NCBI GenBank assembly: GCA_002269645.1
Contig: NIVC01000006.1
Span: forward strand, 1,046,055 to 1,110,054
Source: Macrostomum lignano
Taxonomy: Eukaryota
Length of the DNA: 64,000 bases
Direction: 5' to 3'
Positions 14,276-28,729 of the stretch are shown here, in pieces. Under the pieces are notes generated by a model. It did no database searches. It was not told where the DNA came from and was given only the letters and a program-made list of their open reading frames with translations. The stretch's first letter is position 1, and every line of letters begins with the position of its first letter. A program made the translations under genes and the position numbers.

Positions 14276-16578
14276 ATGGCTCAATTCACTGTGCTTCAAA
14301 GTCGCTGGATGGTTTTGGCTTTAGTGATTTTGGCTATGCCGTCAATTTGCAACGCGCAGGATTCCTGTAAGCTTATTGTTGCTATCATTTCCTACACATC
14401 CAACTGCCGATTTACGCGTATCCTTCTTCGATTTCAGCGTCAACAACCCTGTCGATAGAAGAGTCAACAATCAGGGACGAAACTGATGGGTTGACTAGTG
14501 CAACATCATCAACCTCTGCATCAGAAGACACCACAGAGGCTTCCAAATCGTCGACAGAAGCTTCCACATCGACAATAAAAGCTTCCACATCGACAATAGA
14601 ACCTTCCACGTCAACCACAGAACCTTTCACGTCAACCACAGAACCTTTCACGTCAACCACAGAACCTTCCACGTCAACCACAGAACCTTTCACGTCAACC
14701 ACAGAACCTTTCACGTCAACCACAGAACCTTCCACGTCAACCACAGAACCTTCCACGTCAACCACAGAACCGTCAACCACAGAACCTTCCACGTCTACCA
14801 CAGAACCTTCCACGTCAACCACAGAACCTTTCACGTCAACCACAGAACCTTCCACGTCAACCACAGAACCTTCCACGTCAACCACAGAACCGTCAACCAC
14901 AGAACCTTCCACGTCTACCACAGAACCTTCCACGTCAACCACAGAACCTTCAACGTCAACCACAGAACCTTTCACGTCAACCACAGAACCTTCCACGTCA
15001 ACCACAGAAGAATCCACATCGACTATAAAACCTTCCACGTCAACCACAGAAGAATCCACATCGACTATAAAACCTTCCACGTCGACCACTTCAACTTCTA
15101 CATCGACAACTCCAACTTCTACATCGACCACTTCAACTTCTACATCGACAACTCCAACGTCTACATCGACCACTTCAACTTCTACATCGACCACTGAAAC
15201 TTCTACATCGACTAGCGAAATTTCGACCACTGCAGTAGCTTCAGCATCAGCCGTTGCAAAAACTACGTCGACCAAAAATGTGGATATCATTTACGGTACC
15301 CTATTTTCGTTGTGCATTTACCGTGCTTTAAAAAAATTAAATCCAACTGCAAACGAACTGATCAAATTTTATGACAATACTTACCTGTACATTTCAGACA
15401 CACCCAAATCAACCATCCTCTACATTGTATTGGGCGTTCTCGTACCACTATTTCTGATAGCTTTGGCTGCTTCACTGACGTATATTTTCATTCGAAGATC
15501 CCGTTTACAGGTATCCAGTGCACTTTATCTTAATATGTTTGTAGCAATCTAATAGAATACTCTATCAAATGTCAAATCGATTTAAATTGCAGCAGCAACC
15601 GAAAGACCCTGAACTGGAAGATGGAACCATCATTCGAAGGCACCACTCGAGGGTTAATCGTCGAGATGAGGACACTGATTCGGTATGATTTGAATCGTAG
15701 TTGATTTGGCTTTCGATTCATTAGCTATTCGATCACTTAATTGAAATTATATGGGAACTCCGACTAGGCATTTACTCAAGGATGAGCTGTAGCATTCCCA
15801 AGCTTGTATCGCGCAGTGAGACAATAGCTCTTGCAGATGATTAATTGGTTAAACATTGGTGGGACAATGGTTGAAGACTTCCCACAATTGTCTTGTAATG
15901 ATAATAATAATAATAGTTGATTACACCTGCCCCGATTGGGCCAGATGTGAAACCGACAGCTCAGCCGCAGCTATTGGGCAGCGCATCTGAAGGCTGCGTA
16001 CGGCTGTTCAGTCTAAGGACTGTGAGGTCGCCACACACACCCTCAGTAATCCCAGCTAATGCTGGCACCCATTTTGCAGCTGAGTGAACTGAAGCAGTGC
16101 AGAGTTAGGTGCCTTGCTCAAGGACACAAATTGTCCCAGTTGGATCGGGAATCGAACCCCCGACCTTAAAGTCGTGAGCCTGACGCTCTAACCACCAGGC
16201 TACAACCCCTAGATGTCTTGCAAGTTGTGTGTACTTGGGGGTACTTACTGTCAACTGTTCTCACTTTCAAGTCTGTCAACATGTGGCACTAGTAGAGTAA
16301 GTGGGTAATCAAAATTATGGAAAATTGATGTTCTAATTTGACATGCAAAGTGGTAAAACGTGCAACCGCTAATGAATCGCATACCAACTTTCAGATTGGG
16401 CAGACCAGAACTATGAACCCATGCTTGTTAATTGCTATGCAGTTTACTGAACTATAAGCGGCATTTTTGCATTCCTTCACTTTCATTTCAGACATACAGA
16501 GTTGCGGATTTGGCCATTACGGATTCGAATCTGGCTAACCAGAGTTCACCTGAATTTGTGATGACTACTTTTAAATAA
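14276..16578 (+). CDS. Mucin-like type I membrane glycoprotein (signal peptide, Ser/Thr repeats, single TM, short cytoplasmic tail). Exons 14276-14366, 14438-15295, 15398-15510, 15593-15682, 16492-16578
   Basis: Signal peptide MAQFTV..CNAQ; GT-AG introns with matching phases (1,1,0,0); TEPSTST repeats; TM ILYIVLGVLVPLFLIALAASLTYIFI followed by RRSR; stop TAA at 16576-16578. Confidence 0.88.
14600..15200 (+). repeat. Coding 21-bp repeat (ACAGAACCTTCCACGTCAACC, TEPSTST) and Thr/Ser repeats
   Basis: Directly visible inside exon 2 of the mucin-like gene. Confidence 0.95.
15901..16209 (-). mobile_element. Full-length tRNA-derived CORE-type SINE in mucin gene intron 4
   Basis: Reverse strand: tRNA(Met)-like head (TAGCCTGGTGG; GCGTCAGGCTCACGACTTTAAGGTC; GGTTCGATTCC), CORE-like TGTGTCCTTGAGCAAGGCACCT..CAGCTGCAAAATGGG, and a (TAT)n tail. 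Confidence 0.85.
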
Positions 16579-17490
16579 TTGATTGATGAAAACTGATAAT
16601 GATTCATACGGAAGGAATTCATTCAAAACAGTTTTGTTTGTAAGGTTTTTCATAAGTGAAACTTTCAGTCTTCTACGTTTTGTTCACGTAGAAAGTAAAC
16701 GGATCTCGCTTTACAAATATTGTTTATAAATTTGTGTCATACTAAGTCATACTAAGAACAGATCACAGGTGATAATGAGAATAGGTCATAGGTATAGATT
16801 GGAGCAAACCACAGGTCTATTCGGTAGTCTACTAATCTGAAGTAATCTGCACATCATCTTCTGAGCATCATTAGACGCAGGGCCTATAAATACTCGTAGC
16901 ACCCCTCTAGTACTTGTAGTAGTAGTACTGAACTCGAATAGCTTGGCAGTACTTCTCGTGTCTTTTAAAAGCAGATTTTCTGGAATCCGAAGGAGAAACT
17001 AATGTGTACTAGGTTTTTGCACTCGACACACAAGTTGGACAGAGTGCATCCTGGATGCCATACTTAAATAGTTTCGCTGTATACCTTCTTATCTTCGTAT
17101 CACACTTCGTACCATACTTTATTCTTCTTTTGAAAAAACAAAGTTATTATTGCTGCTACGAAGCTTTATCAGGATGCTACGACGAGCGACGGAACTTTTG
17201 CATGCTCTTGGTTCCCACACACGATACTGGGGTAGCTGTTGCAGAGTATACGCACTCAGACATACATACAGTCAAACAAGAGCATTGGTACAGCGATTGA
17301 CTTTAGCTCACTTACACTGCAAATGACTCAATTGATACCCAACAGACGCTCAGGCGCACTGGGTCTGGGGTGGCGGTTTTCCTCAGTGTGCATTTCGAAA
17401 ATACACTCACGAACATTGAAAAGTATCCACACTGATCTAGTGAGCCATTTAATAACCGACTGTGCATTATCAATAGGCAGTTGGTGATCA

Positions 17491-20105
17491 TCACAATATA
17501 CTAAATCTCTAAGATCTGTCTGTCTGTCTGTTTGACCAGTATTCCAGTCCACAGCCTGAATGCCTGAACCGATTTTTTTCAAACTTGCTTTATTCAACTC
17601 AAAATTCTTGTGAGATTGTGTGGGTGTAATTGTATTGAAAAATTCGAATGGGAAGTTGGTTAAATATTCGAAAAACGAGTTTTCCCAATGCTTTCAATGG
17701 GCGGCTAGAAAAGGTCAAAATCTCACTAAATGAATTTCAATTTCAATTAAGATTGCGCCACAACTTTTCTCTGTTCACTGTGTACGCCTCAATACTGGCT
17801 GCAATAAGGGAGAGGAAAATAATGCTGAGTGGCTGCGTGTGTACTTTCTGACCCTGGCTGACTGGCGGACTGCATAGACAATTGCTATTTATAGATTTCA
17901 CTCAATTGTACATTGGCTCTGCCTGCATACAACCTGTGCACACTGAGCAGCCTATCACTGCTATGTATTTGACTGCAGTGCCGAAGCATATATTGCTGAT
18001 TTTTGCGCCCTCCGATCAGTAGGCGGAGTAGCCGCAGTGTAGGCACTAGGACTAGGTTTAGGCTAGGCGTAAGGTCCAAGGTTCGAGTCCGCCTTGTCGG
18101 CGGATAATTAAAATTAAACAAGTTAATTCATTTATAGCTCGCCCCTCAACTAATTGAATCATTTTTTATTAATTAGTAAGCCACACTCAATGAATGATTT
18201 TTGCTATTCAACACAAGTTGCTAAACAAACTTGATTTTGTCAATTTGAATTTGATTTGATTTCAGCCAGTGCATTTTAAAATTTCATTTGTAAAAAACTG
18301 CTTCGTGTACGAGTGTATTACTGCTCCTGAATTGCAGACAATGCTGCTAAATAGCTAAACTGCTGAAGTTACTACTAAATGCTGAGCTGCGCAAAAGACT
18401 GCCGATATGTATCGTAAATTGATTAGTGAGCCTAGGTTTAGGCTAGGCGTAAGGTCCAAGGTTCGAGTCCGCCTCCCCAGCGGATAATTAAAATTAAATA
18501 AATTCATTGATTAGTAGCTTGTGCCTCGACTATTTTGAGAATTGCTTGATTAATTATCTATTGCCTGAGCAATTAAAATTTTTTTATTAATTACAATAAT
18601 TTATTTTTGCTACTCGCACAAGCCACTAAGCAAATTTGATTTGATTTGTAAAATCCTAAGATCCCATTAATTGTTATTATCTAGGTCTATGGAAGTATTA
18701 ATTAAATTACTTAACTGCAGACAATGCTGCTAAACTGCTGAGGTATTGCTAAATGCTGAGTTGCGCAAGACTGCCAATATGTATCGAAAATTGATTAGTG
18801 CGCCATCGTAAATGCTAAGCAAATTTTTAAATCATTGAAAAGATCATTGCAGTTTGCTGAGAATACTGAGGGGCCAGCTGAGAGAACTGCATACTGCTGA
18901 GGGGAAAAATGAGAATTATTAAGGAAACACTTGCTGACTGCAAATGAATTGACTGCAGACTACTGAGGGGAACTGCAGATTGTTGAAGGGATCATTGCAG
19001 ACTGCAAAGGGGATAAACTGCAAACTGCTGACGTTGGTTAGTTTCTCGAGACTTATGAGCGTATAAGCTGCAAACTGCCTAGGGGATAGCTGCAGACTGC
19101 TAGGATAATAATGGCAGACTTCTGAGGCGGATATTTAAGCGTGAATAATTGTAGCTTGCAGAAGGGACAATTCTGGGTCCCTGAGGGATAAATGAATATT
19201 AATAGTAAAAGTTGTAGAGTGCAAATGAGTTGTATGACTGCATGTCTGTTTTGCGGAATTAGAAGGGATAATTTCAGGTTGTTGTGGGGATAACTGCAAA
19301 TTTCTGGGGAGGGTTTAACTTTAAACTTCTGAGGCGATAATAGTAGTCACCTTTTAGCAGTTTGGGAGTGGTGCTAATCTGGGGAGCGGTGCTAATCTAA
19401 GGGAGTGGGGCTAATATAAATGTGTGGGGGGGCTAACCTGGAGGAAGTAGCGGTGCGAATTTTTGCGGAGTGGTGCAAATCTGGAGAAGTAGAGCTAATC
19501 TGGGAAGGTGAAACTATCTGGGAAGCGGCGGTAATCTGTGGAGCAGTGCTAATCTAGGCTGAGTGCTAATCTGGGCTGAGTACTAATCTAGGCTGAGTGC
19601 TAATCTGGGCTGAGTGCTAATCTGGGCTGAGTGCTAATCTAGGCTGAGTACTAATCTAGGCTGAGTGCTAATCTGGGCTGAGTGCTAATCTGGGCTGAGT
19701 ACTAATCTAGGCTGAGTGCTAATCTGGGCTGAGTGCTAATCTGGGCTGAGTGCTAATCTAGGCTGAGTGCTAATCTGGGCGCAGTGCTAATCTGGGCGTA
19801 GTGCTAATCTGGGGGAAGTGGGGCTAATCTGGGGTGTAGGGCTAATGTGGGAGAATAGTGGTAATCTGGTAAGATTTGAAAATAACGAATAATCATAAAA
19901 GAACTATAAATAAATTGACATTGCAAAGTTTCAAACATTAAGAAATGTAAGTAACTTTTTAGAACTTTTTAGTCTCAGTAAAATTGGTGTACAACTGCAG
20001 AACTGCTCGGAGATTAGAGAGATATGCTCAGCGACTGTGCAAAACTGCTTATAGACAAGCGCTAAACTGCTAAGAAGCCACCCGGAGGGGGGGCTAAATG
20101 GCTAG
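17491..20105 (+). mobile_element. Non-autonomous Helitron E1, first of the array
   Basis: A|TC start (A17490), TATACTAAA head, TCTG seed, ACCGATTTT motif; 3' GC hairpin (20077-20094) then CTAG at 20102-20105; internal 17-bp satellite and two GGTTCGAGTCC boxes. Confidence 0.8.
19545..19790. repeat. 17-bp satellite (GAGTGCTAATCTGGGCT) in E1
   Basis: Directly visible. Confidence 0.95.
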
Positions 20106-22625
20106 TCCTATATACTAAAAATGGTCTGTCTGTGTCTATCTATCTATCTATCTATCTATCTATCCATCTATGTGATCGATTAGAGAAAAAATGGCTGGAC
20201 CGATTTTGTTCGAACTTGCACTGTTCGATCAGAAATTTTCCCGTGACGGTACATGCATCGTGGCTAAGAAATAGCTCGATGCTAAAGGCATTAAATATTC
20301 GAAAAACATGCTTTTTTGCAAAGGTCAAGCAAACTTTTCGACTTGAAATGCATTGTAAGAATGCTAGAGAAAAAACTGACTGGTTGAATTCTGATTCTGA
20401 AATAGATTGCATCATAACTGAATTGTAACTCCGACTTGAATTGAAAATGCAGTGTGGAAGCGTAGCACCAGACTTGATTTAAATTGCGTAACCATATTGT
20501 TAACTGATACTGACTGACTGAGAAACTGATTATGTCATAACTGCTTCGTGTAATTTACTCTATGCTTGGATTTTAAAGTGTTGAATTATATAAGTGAAAA
20601 ATTTGATGTTATCAAAACGATGAGAGCTAGCCTAGAGGTGAACAAACTGAACTGCTAAATGCAGTTTGGTTCGAATTGGTTCGAATTTTCATAGAGTATA
20701 ATTTTTTTAATTAAAGCTTTTCAACGTCAGGAAAACTAAAAGACTTTTTAAAAAGAAGCGTCATGTAAAAATCATAGAAGCCTCATGTAAACAATCATAG
20801 AAGCGTCATGTAAAAAATCGTAGAAGCGTCATTTAAAAATCATAGAAGCGTTATTTAAAAAAATCATAGAAGCGTAATTTAAAAAAATCATAGAAGCGTC
20901 ATGTAAACAATCGTAGAAGCGTCATATAAAAATCATGGAAGCATCATTTAAAAAATCATAGAAGCGTCATGTAAACAATCATAGAAGCGTCATGTAAAAA
21001 ATCATAGAAGCGTCATGTAAAAAAATCATATTAGCGTCATGTAAACAATCATAGAAGCCTCATGTAAAAAATCATAGAAGCGTCATGTAAACAATTATAG
21101 AAGCGTCATGTAAAAAATCATAGAAGCGTCATGTAAAAATCATAGAAGCGCCATGTAAAAAATCGTAGAAGCGTCATATAAAAATCATAGAAGCGTCATA
21201 TAAACAATCATAGAAGCGTCATGTAAAAAATCATAGAAGCGTCATTTAAAAAATCATAGAAGCGTCATGTAAACAATCATAGAAGCGTCATGTAAACAAT
21301 CATAGAAGCGTCATATAAAAATCATAGAAATGCCATGTAAAAAATCATAGAAGCGTCATGTTAAAAATCATAGAAGCATCATTTAAAAAATCATAGAAGC
21401 GTCATGTAACAATCATAGAAGCGTCATGTAAAAAATCATAGAAGCATCATGTAAAAATCATAGAAGCGTCAAGAAAAAATCATAGAAGCCTCATTTAAAA
21501 ACTAATGAGTGTCATTTAAAAAATTAAGAAGCATCATGGTACAATAAAAGAAGCGTCATGTCAGACATGAAGGGTGTCATGTAAAAATTAAATGCAGCTA
21601 TAATGCTGTGCTGGGGAGAAAAACTGAGACGTAAAGGCTCTCAGAGAATAACTGAGATTACGGGGGGGGGTTCTGAGATGTCAAAGCAAAAGTCAGAAGC
21701 TACTTCAAAGTTCATGTACTTTACTCAATTTTTTATTGCATTCTTTGTTGGCTCGCCACGGGGGGCGCTGATAGAAGAGTCATGTAAAAAATAAAAGTAG
21801 CACTATGTATACATAAAAGAAAAGTCATGTCGAAGTTAAAAGATTCATTTGGGAATTGCTACGATGTCAAAGCTTGGTGGAAATCGTTATAGTGCTGTGA
21901 TTCTTAAAGAAGGAATCACTAAAATGTCAAGGCTTAGGGGAGAAGAATTGCTGAGATTTCAAGGCTTTAGGTTGGGTTAAAGTTAGGTTTAGGTCAGGTG
22001 TGGGTTGAGGGTTATATTTTATCGGGTTTCAAGGTTAACAGAATAACAGGGGATTTTTTAGATTTCAAGGTTTATGAGGGCCATCGCTGACATTTTAAGG
22101 CTTACGGGGGGAATAGCTGAGATGTCAAGGCTCACTGGGGTATAAATGAGATTTCAAAGCTAAAGTCAGAAGCTACATGTAGTTTATTGAAAACTATTTA
22201 TTACATTTTTTGATGCCTCCTCAGGGGAGGGATCGCTGATAAAAAAAGCGTAATGTAAAAAATAAAAGAAGCTTCATGTCGAAGTTAAGATATTCATTTG
22301 GGAATCCCTACGATGTCGAGGCTTGCAGGGAATCGCTATAATGCTGTAGTAGTGCTATAATGACTCTTAGAGAGAATTACTGAAATTTCAATGCTTTAGG
22401 GTTAGGTTAGGGTTAGGGTTAGGGTTAGAGTTAGGGTTAGGCTAGGGTTAGGGTTAGGTTGACAGATATTTTTAGATTTCCAAGGCTTATTGGGGGAATT
22501 ACTGACATGTCAAGGCTTACAAGGTTTGACAGGAGATTTTTTAAGATTTCAAGGATACATGTAGCTTATTAAAAAAACGTGTATTGCATTTCTTTGGCTC
22601 CCCAACGGGGGGCGTAGATTGCTAG
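20106..22625 (+). mobile_element. Non-autonomous Helitron E2
   Basis: TCCTATATACTAAAAATG head, TCTA seed; CCCC-AAC-GGGG hairpin then CTAG at 22622-22625; 22-bp satellite 20752-21496; TTAGGG tract 22396-22460. Confidence 0.88.
20752..21496. repeat. 21-23-bp satellite A (AATCATAGAAGCGTCATGTAAA[A/C])
   Basis: Directly visible. Confidence 0.97.
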
Positions 22626-23241
22626 TCCTTCCTTCCTCTCTTCCTATATACTAAAAATGAGTTGTCTGTGGGTAGGTAGGTAGGTAGGTATGCGATAGAT
22701 TTCAGAAAAAATGGCTCAACCGATTTTCTTCAAACTTGCACCATTCGATCAGAAATTTTCCTGGGACGGTACATGCATCTTGGCTAAGAAATTGCTCAAT
22801 TTTAAAGGAATTAAATATTCGAAAAACATGCTTTTTTGCAAAGGTCAAGCAGCTCTTTCGACCTGAAATGCATTGTAAGAATGCTAGAGAAAAAACTGAC
22901 TGACTGAATTCCGATTGTGATAAAGATTGCATCACAACAAGTTGAAAACAGTACCGAAGAAATGCACACACGACTTGATTTAAATTGCGTAACCATATTG
23001 CTAACTTAAATTGAGACTGATACTGGCTGACTGAGAAATTGATTATGTCATAACTTTTTACTCCAATTGACTTGCTGTAAGAATTGAATTATAAGGGCCA
23101 CAATTCATGTTCTCCAATTGAAAAGAGATAGCCCTGATGCGAACAGACTGGAATGCTAATGTAGCGACCTGGGTTCGAATCATAGTAGTGCAAAAAGATT
23201 TTTTTATTAAAACACCTTAAAAACACAACAAAACTGCTAAA

Positions 23242-25108
23242 CATCAAAGAAGCGCAATGTCAAACATAGAAGAGCCAACATATCGAACATAAAAGAGTTA
23301 CCATGTCAAACATAAAAGAGCTACCATGTCGAACATTAAAGAGCTACCATGTCGAACATTAAAGAGCCACCATGTCGAACATAAAAGAGCCACCATGTCA
23401 AACATAAAACAGCCACCATTTCGAACATTAAAGAGCCACCATTTCGAACATTAAAGAGCCACCATTTTGAACATTAAAGAGCCACTATGTCAAACAATTA
23501 AGAGCCACCATGTCAAACATAAAAGAGCCAACATGTCAGACATTCAAAAGCCACCGTATCAAACATAAAAGAGTTACCATGTAGAACAAAAAAGATCCAC
23601 CATGTCGAACATAAAAGAGCCACCATGTCAAACATAAAGAGCCACCATGTCAAACATATATGTGACTTTATGTCAAATATTAAAGAGCCACCATGTGAAA
23701 CATTAGAGAGCCACCATGTCAAACATTTAAGAGTCACCATGTCAAACCTAAAAGAGCCACCATGTCGAACATAAAAGAGCCACAATGTCAAACATTAAAG
23801 AGCCACCATTTAAAACCTAAAGGAGCCACCATGTCGAACATTAAAGAGCCACCATGTCGAACATAAAAGAGCAGCCATATCAAACATAAAAGAGTTACCA
23901 TGTCAAACATTAAAGAGCCACCATGTCAAACATAAAGCAGCCACCATTTCGAAAATTAAGGAGCCACCATTTCGAAAATTAAGGAGCCACCATGTCGAAC
24001 ATTAAAGAGCCACCATGTCAAACATTTAGGAGCCACCATGTCAAACATATATGTGACTTTATGTCAAATATTAAAGAGCCACCATGTGAAACATTAAAGA
24101 GCCACCATGTCAAACATTTAAGAGTCACCATGTCAAACCTAAAAGAGCCACCATGTCGAACATAAAAGAGCCACAATGTCAAACATTAAAGAGCCACCAT
24201 TTCAAACCTAAAGGAGCCACCATGTCGAACATTAAAGAGCCACCATGTCGAACATAAAAGAGCCACCATATCAAACATAAAAGAGTTACCATGTCGAACA
24301 TTAAAGAGCCACCATGTCGAACATAAAAGAGCCACCATGTCGAACATAAAACAGACACCATTAAGAACATTAAAGAGCCACCATGTCGAACATTAAAGAG
24401 CCACCATGTCGAACATTAAAGAGCCACCATGTCAAACATAAAAGAGCCACCATTTCGAAAATTAAGGAGCCACCATTTCGAAAATTAAAGAGCCACCATG
24501 TTAAACATTAAAGGGCCACCTTGTCAAATATTAAAGAGCCACCATGTCAAACATAAAACAGCCACCATTTCGAAAATTAAAGAGCCACCATGTCGAACAA
24601 TAAAGAGCCACCATGTCAAACATAAAACAGACACCATTAAGAACATTAAAGAGCCACCATGTCGAACATTAAAGAGCCACCATGTCAAACATAAAACAGC
24701 CACCATTTCGAAAATTAAGGAGCCACCATTTCGAAATTTAAAGAGCCACCATGTTAAACATTAAAGGGCCACCTTGTCAAATATTAAAGAGCCACCATTT
24801 CAAACCCAAAAGAGCGACCATGTCGAACATACAAGAGCCACCATGTCGAACATAAAAGAGCAGCCATGTAGAACATAAAAGAGCCACCATGTCGAACATA
24901 AAAGAGCCACCATGTCAAACATAAAAAAGCCAGCATGTCAAACATAAAAGAGCCAACATGAAGAACATTAAAGAGCCACCATGTCGACCATTAAAAGAGC
25001 CACCATGTCGAACATACAAGAGCCACCATGTCAAACATAAAAAAGCCACCATGTCGAACAATAAAGAGCCACCATGTCAAACATAAAAGAGCCACCATGT
25101 CAAACATT
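23242..25108. repeat. 21-22-bp satellite B (AAAGAGCCACCATGTC[A/G]AACAT)
   Basis: Directly visible. Confidence 0.97.
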
Positions 25109-25211
25109 CAAGATATACAATTTCAAATGTAAAGGTATAAAGCGCCATGCCAATTTAAATGAGCCACTATAAAGCTAAGGAAATTGTCGCTCTAGCTACT
25201 TTTTGTCTGGT

Positions 25212-25835
25212 GGATGGTTGCTATTTGGGGGATGCTTGCTTTCTGGGGGATGCTTGCTATCTGGGGGATGCTTGCAATTTGGGGGATGCTTGCTATCTGA
25301 GGGATGCTTGCTATCTGGTGGATGCTTGCTATCTGAGGGATGCTTGCTATCTGAGTGATGCTTGCTATCTGGGGGATGCTTGCTATTTGGAGGATGCTTG
25401 CTTTCTGGGGGATGCTTGCTATCTGGGCGATGCTTGCAATTTGGGGGATGCTTGCTATCTGAGGGATACTTGCTATCTGGTGGATGCTTGCTATCTGAGG
25501 GATGCTTGCTATCTGAGTGATGCTTGCTATCTGGGGATGCTTGCTATCTGAGGGATGCTTGCTATCTGAGGGATGCTTGCTATTTGGGGTATGCTTGCTA
25601 TCTGAGGGATGCTTGCTATCTGGGGAATGCTTGCTATCTGGGGAATGTTTGCTATCTGGGGAATGCTTGCTATCTGGGGGATGCTTGCTATCTGGCTGGG
25701 GGATGTTTGCTATCTGGGGGATGCTTGCTATCTGGGGGATGCTTGCTATCTGGGGGATGCTTGCTATCTGGGGGATGCTTGCTATTTGAGGGATGCTTGC
25801 TATCTGGGGAATGCTTGCTATCTGGGGGATGCTTG
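25212..25835. repeat. 18-bp satellite C (GGGGGATGCTTGCTATCT)
   Basis: Directly visible. Confidence 0.97.
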
Positions 25836-25982
25836 TGGTCTTGGGAAGATTTCTTATTGCAATTCACTTCATTTGAGCAGTTTGTCTGGCTCTTTGTGAA
25901 GGATTTTCTGGCTGTCTTTTTGTTACTTGTAGAGAACAGAGATTCTATCCAGATGTCCCCCATCGGGGGGCGAAGATTGCTA

Positions 25983-28729
25983 TCCTATATACTAAAAATG
26001 AAAATCTTGCTTGCTTGCTTGCTTGTAATCGATTAGAGAAAAAATAGCTTAACCGATTTTCATGAGACTTGCACTGTTCGATCAGAAATTTTCCTGGGAC
26101 GGTACATGCATCTTGGCTAAGAAATTGCTCCATGTTAAAGGGATTAAATATTCGAAAAACATGCTTTTTTGCAAAGGTCAAGCAAACTTTTCGACTTGAA
26201 ATGCATTGTAAGAATGCTAGAGAAAAAACTGACTGGTTGAATTCTGATTCTGAAATAGATTGCATCATAACTGAATTGTAACTCCGACTTGAATTGAAAA
26301 TGCAGTGTGGAAGCGTAGCACCAGACTTGATTTAAATTGCGTAACCATATTGTTAACTGATACTGACTGACTGAGAAACTGATTATGTCATAACTGCTTC
26401 GTGTAATTTACTCTATGCTTGGATTTTAAAGTGTTGAATTATAGTAAGTGCAAAATTTGATGTTATCAAAACGATGAGAACTAGCCTAGAGGTGAACAAA
26501 CTGAACTGCCAAATGCAGCGACGATGGTTCGAATTTTTAGAGAGTTTTTTTAATTAAAGTTTTTTAACGCCAAGAAAACTAAAAAATCATGGAAGCGTCA
26601 TGTAAAAATCATAGAAGCGTCATGTAAACAATCATTGAAGCGTCATCTAAAAAGTCATAGAAGCGTCATGTAAAAAATCATAAAAGCGTCATATAAACAA
26701 TCATAGAAGCGTCATATAAACGATCATAGAAGCGTCATGTAAACAATCATAGAAGCGTCATGTAAAAATCATAGAAGCGTCATGTAAAAATCATAGAAGC
26801 GTCATGTAAAAAATCATAGAAGCGTCATGTAAAAATCATAGAAGCGTCATATAAACATCATAGAAGCGTCATGTAAACAATCATAGAAGTGTCATGTAAA
26901 AATCATAGAAGCGTCATGTAAAAATCAAAGAAGCGTCATGTAAAAAATCATAGAAGCGTCATGTAAACAATCATAGAAGCGTCATGTAAAAATCATAGAA
27001 GCGTCATGTAAACAATCATAGAAGCGTCGTGTAAACAATCATAGAAGCGTCATGTAAACAATCATAGAAGCGTCGTGTGAACAATCATAGAAGCGTCATA
27101 TAAAAAATCATAGAAGCATCATGTAAAAATCATAGAAGCGTCATGAAAAATCATAGAAGCCTCATTTAAAGACTAATGAAAGTGTCATTTAAAAAATTAA
27201 GAAGCATCATGGTAGAATAAAGGAAGCGACATGTCAGACATGAAGGTGTCATGTAAAAATTAAATGCAGCTATAATGCTGTGCTGGGGAGAATTACTGAG
27301 ACGTCAAGGCTCACAGAGAATAACTGAGATTACAGGGGGGGGGGTTTCTGAGATGTCAAAGCAAAAGTCAGAAGCTACTTCAAAGTTCATGTACTTTACT
27401 CAATTTTTTATTACATTCTTTGTTGGCTCGCCACGGGGGGAGGCGCTGATAGAAGAAGAGTCATGTAAAAAATAAAAGTAGCACTAAGTATACATAAAAG
27501 AAAAGTCATGTCGAAGTTAAAAGATTCATTTGGGAATTGCTACGATGTCAAAGCTTGGTGGAAATCGTTATAGTGCTGTGATTCTTAAAGAAGGAATCAC
27601 TAAAATTCCAAGGCTTAGGGGAGAAGAATTGCTGAGATTTCAAGGCTTTAGGTTGGGTTAAAGTTAGGTTTAGGTCAAGTGTGGGTTGAGGGTTATATTT
27701 TATCGGGTTTCAAGGTTAACAAGGGATTTTTTAGATTTCAAGATTTATGGGGCATCGCTGACATGTCAAGGCTCACGGGGGTATAAATGAGATTTCAAGG
27801 CTTAAGTCAGAAGCTACATGTAGTTTATTGAAAACTTTTTATTACATTATTTGTTGACTCCTCAGGGCTCGCTGATAGAAAAAGCGTAATGTAAAAATAA
27901 AAGAAGCTTCATGTCGAAGTTAAGAGATTCATTTGGGAATCCCTACGATGTCGAGGCTTGCAGGGAATCGCTATAATGCTGTAGTAGTGCTATAATGACT
28001 CAGAAAACTGAAATTTCAATGCTTTAGGGTTAGGTTAGGGTTAGGGTTAGGGTTAGGGTTAGGGTTAGGGTTGGGCTAGGGTTAGGGTTAGGGTTAGAAG
28101 GTTGACAGATTTTTTTAGATTTCAAGGCTTTTTGGGGGCATCGCTGAGATGTCAAGGGGGGAAGTTGATTTGTTAAAGCTTGTGGGGGAATTACTGACAT
28201 TTCAAGGCTTACAAGGGACAATTCTGAGGTATGTTGCTAAGAGATGCTACATGTAGTTTATTACAAAACTTGTACTGCATTTTTGGCTCCCTAACGCTAA
28301 GATACTAAGCTAAAAAATACTACTAGCACTTCACAAACTTATGCAGATGTCAGGCTGTAGGGTTAGTGTTAGGGTTGGTATTAGGGTTTAGGTTTAAGGT
28401 TAGGTTCAGGGTTATTATGTTAAGATTTGGGTTAGGGTTAGGGTTAAGGAGCTTATAACTTAGCTCATGTACCTTATTAAGAATGTTTATCATGGAAGCA
28501 TCATGCAAAAATAATGGAAGCGTCATGCAAAAACAATGGAAGCGTCATGCCAAAAATCATAGAAGCATCGATCATGCAAAAACTCATAGACAGAATATTG
28601 AATTTAGGGTTTTGGTTAGGGTTAGAAGTTTGACAGTAGATTTTTTAAGATTTCAAGGCTACATGTAGCTTATTAAAAAAACGTGTATTGCATTTCTTTG
28701 GCTCCCCAACGGGGGGCGTAGATTGCTAG
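25983..28729 (+). mobile_element. Non-autonomous Helitron E4
   Basis: TCCTATATACTAAAAATG head, GCTT seed; satellite A 26585-27165; TTAGGG tracts 28024-28097 and ~28359-28446; hairpin then CTAG at 28726-28729. Confidence 0.88.

Larger units (their letters stand above)
22626..25982 (+). mobile_element. Non-autonomous Helitron E3
   Basis: TC start, TCCTATATACTAAAAATG after a short pyrimidine stub, GGTA seed; CCCC-ATC-GGGG hairpin then CTA (G missing) at 25980-25982. Confidence 0.85.

Noticed and set aside
14412-15290. 292-aa minus-strand VDVEGS-repeat ORF
   Set aside because: It is the antisense shadow of the mucin repeat; the plus strand has the signal peptide, splice sites and TM.
16130-16209. 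Genuine tRNA genes (SINE heads at ~8820, ~16150 and ~55760; Helitron cassettes)
   Set aside because: Acceptor stems and D arms are incomplete, and each is embedded in a repeated element; treated as tRNA-derived.
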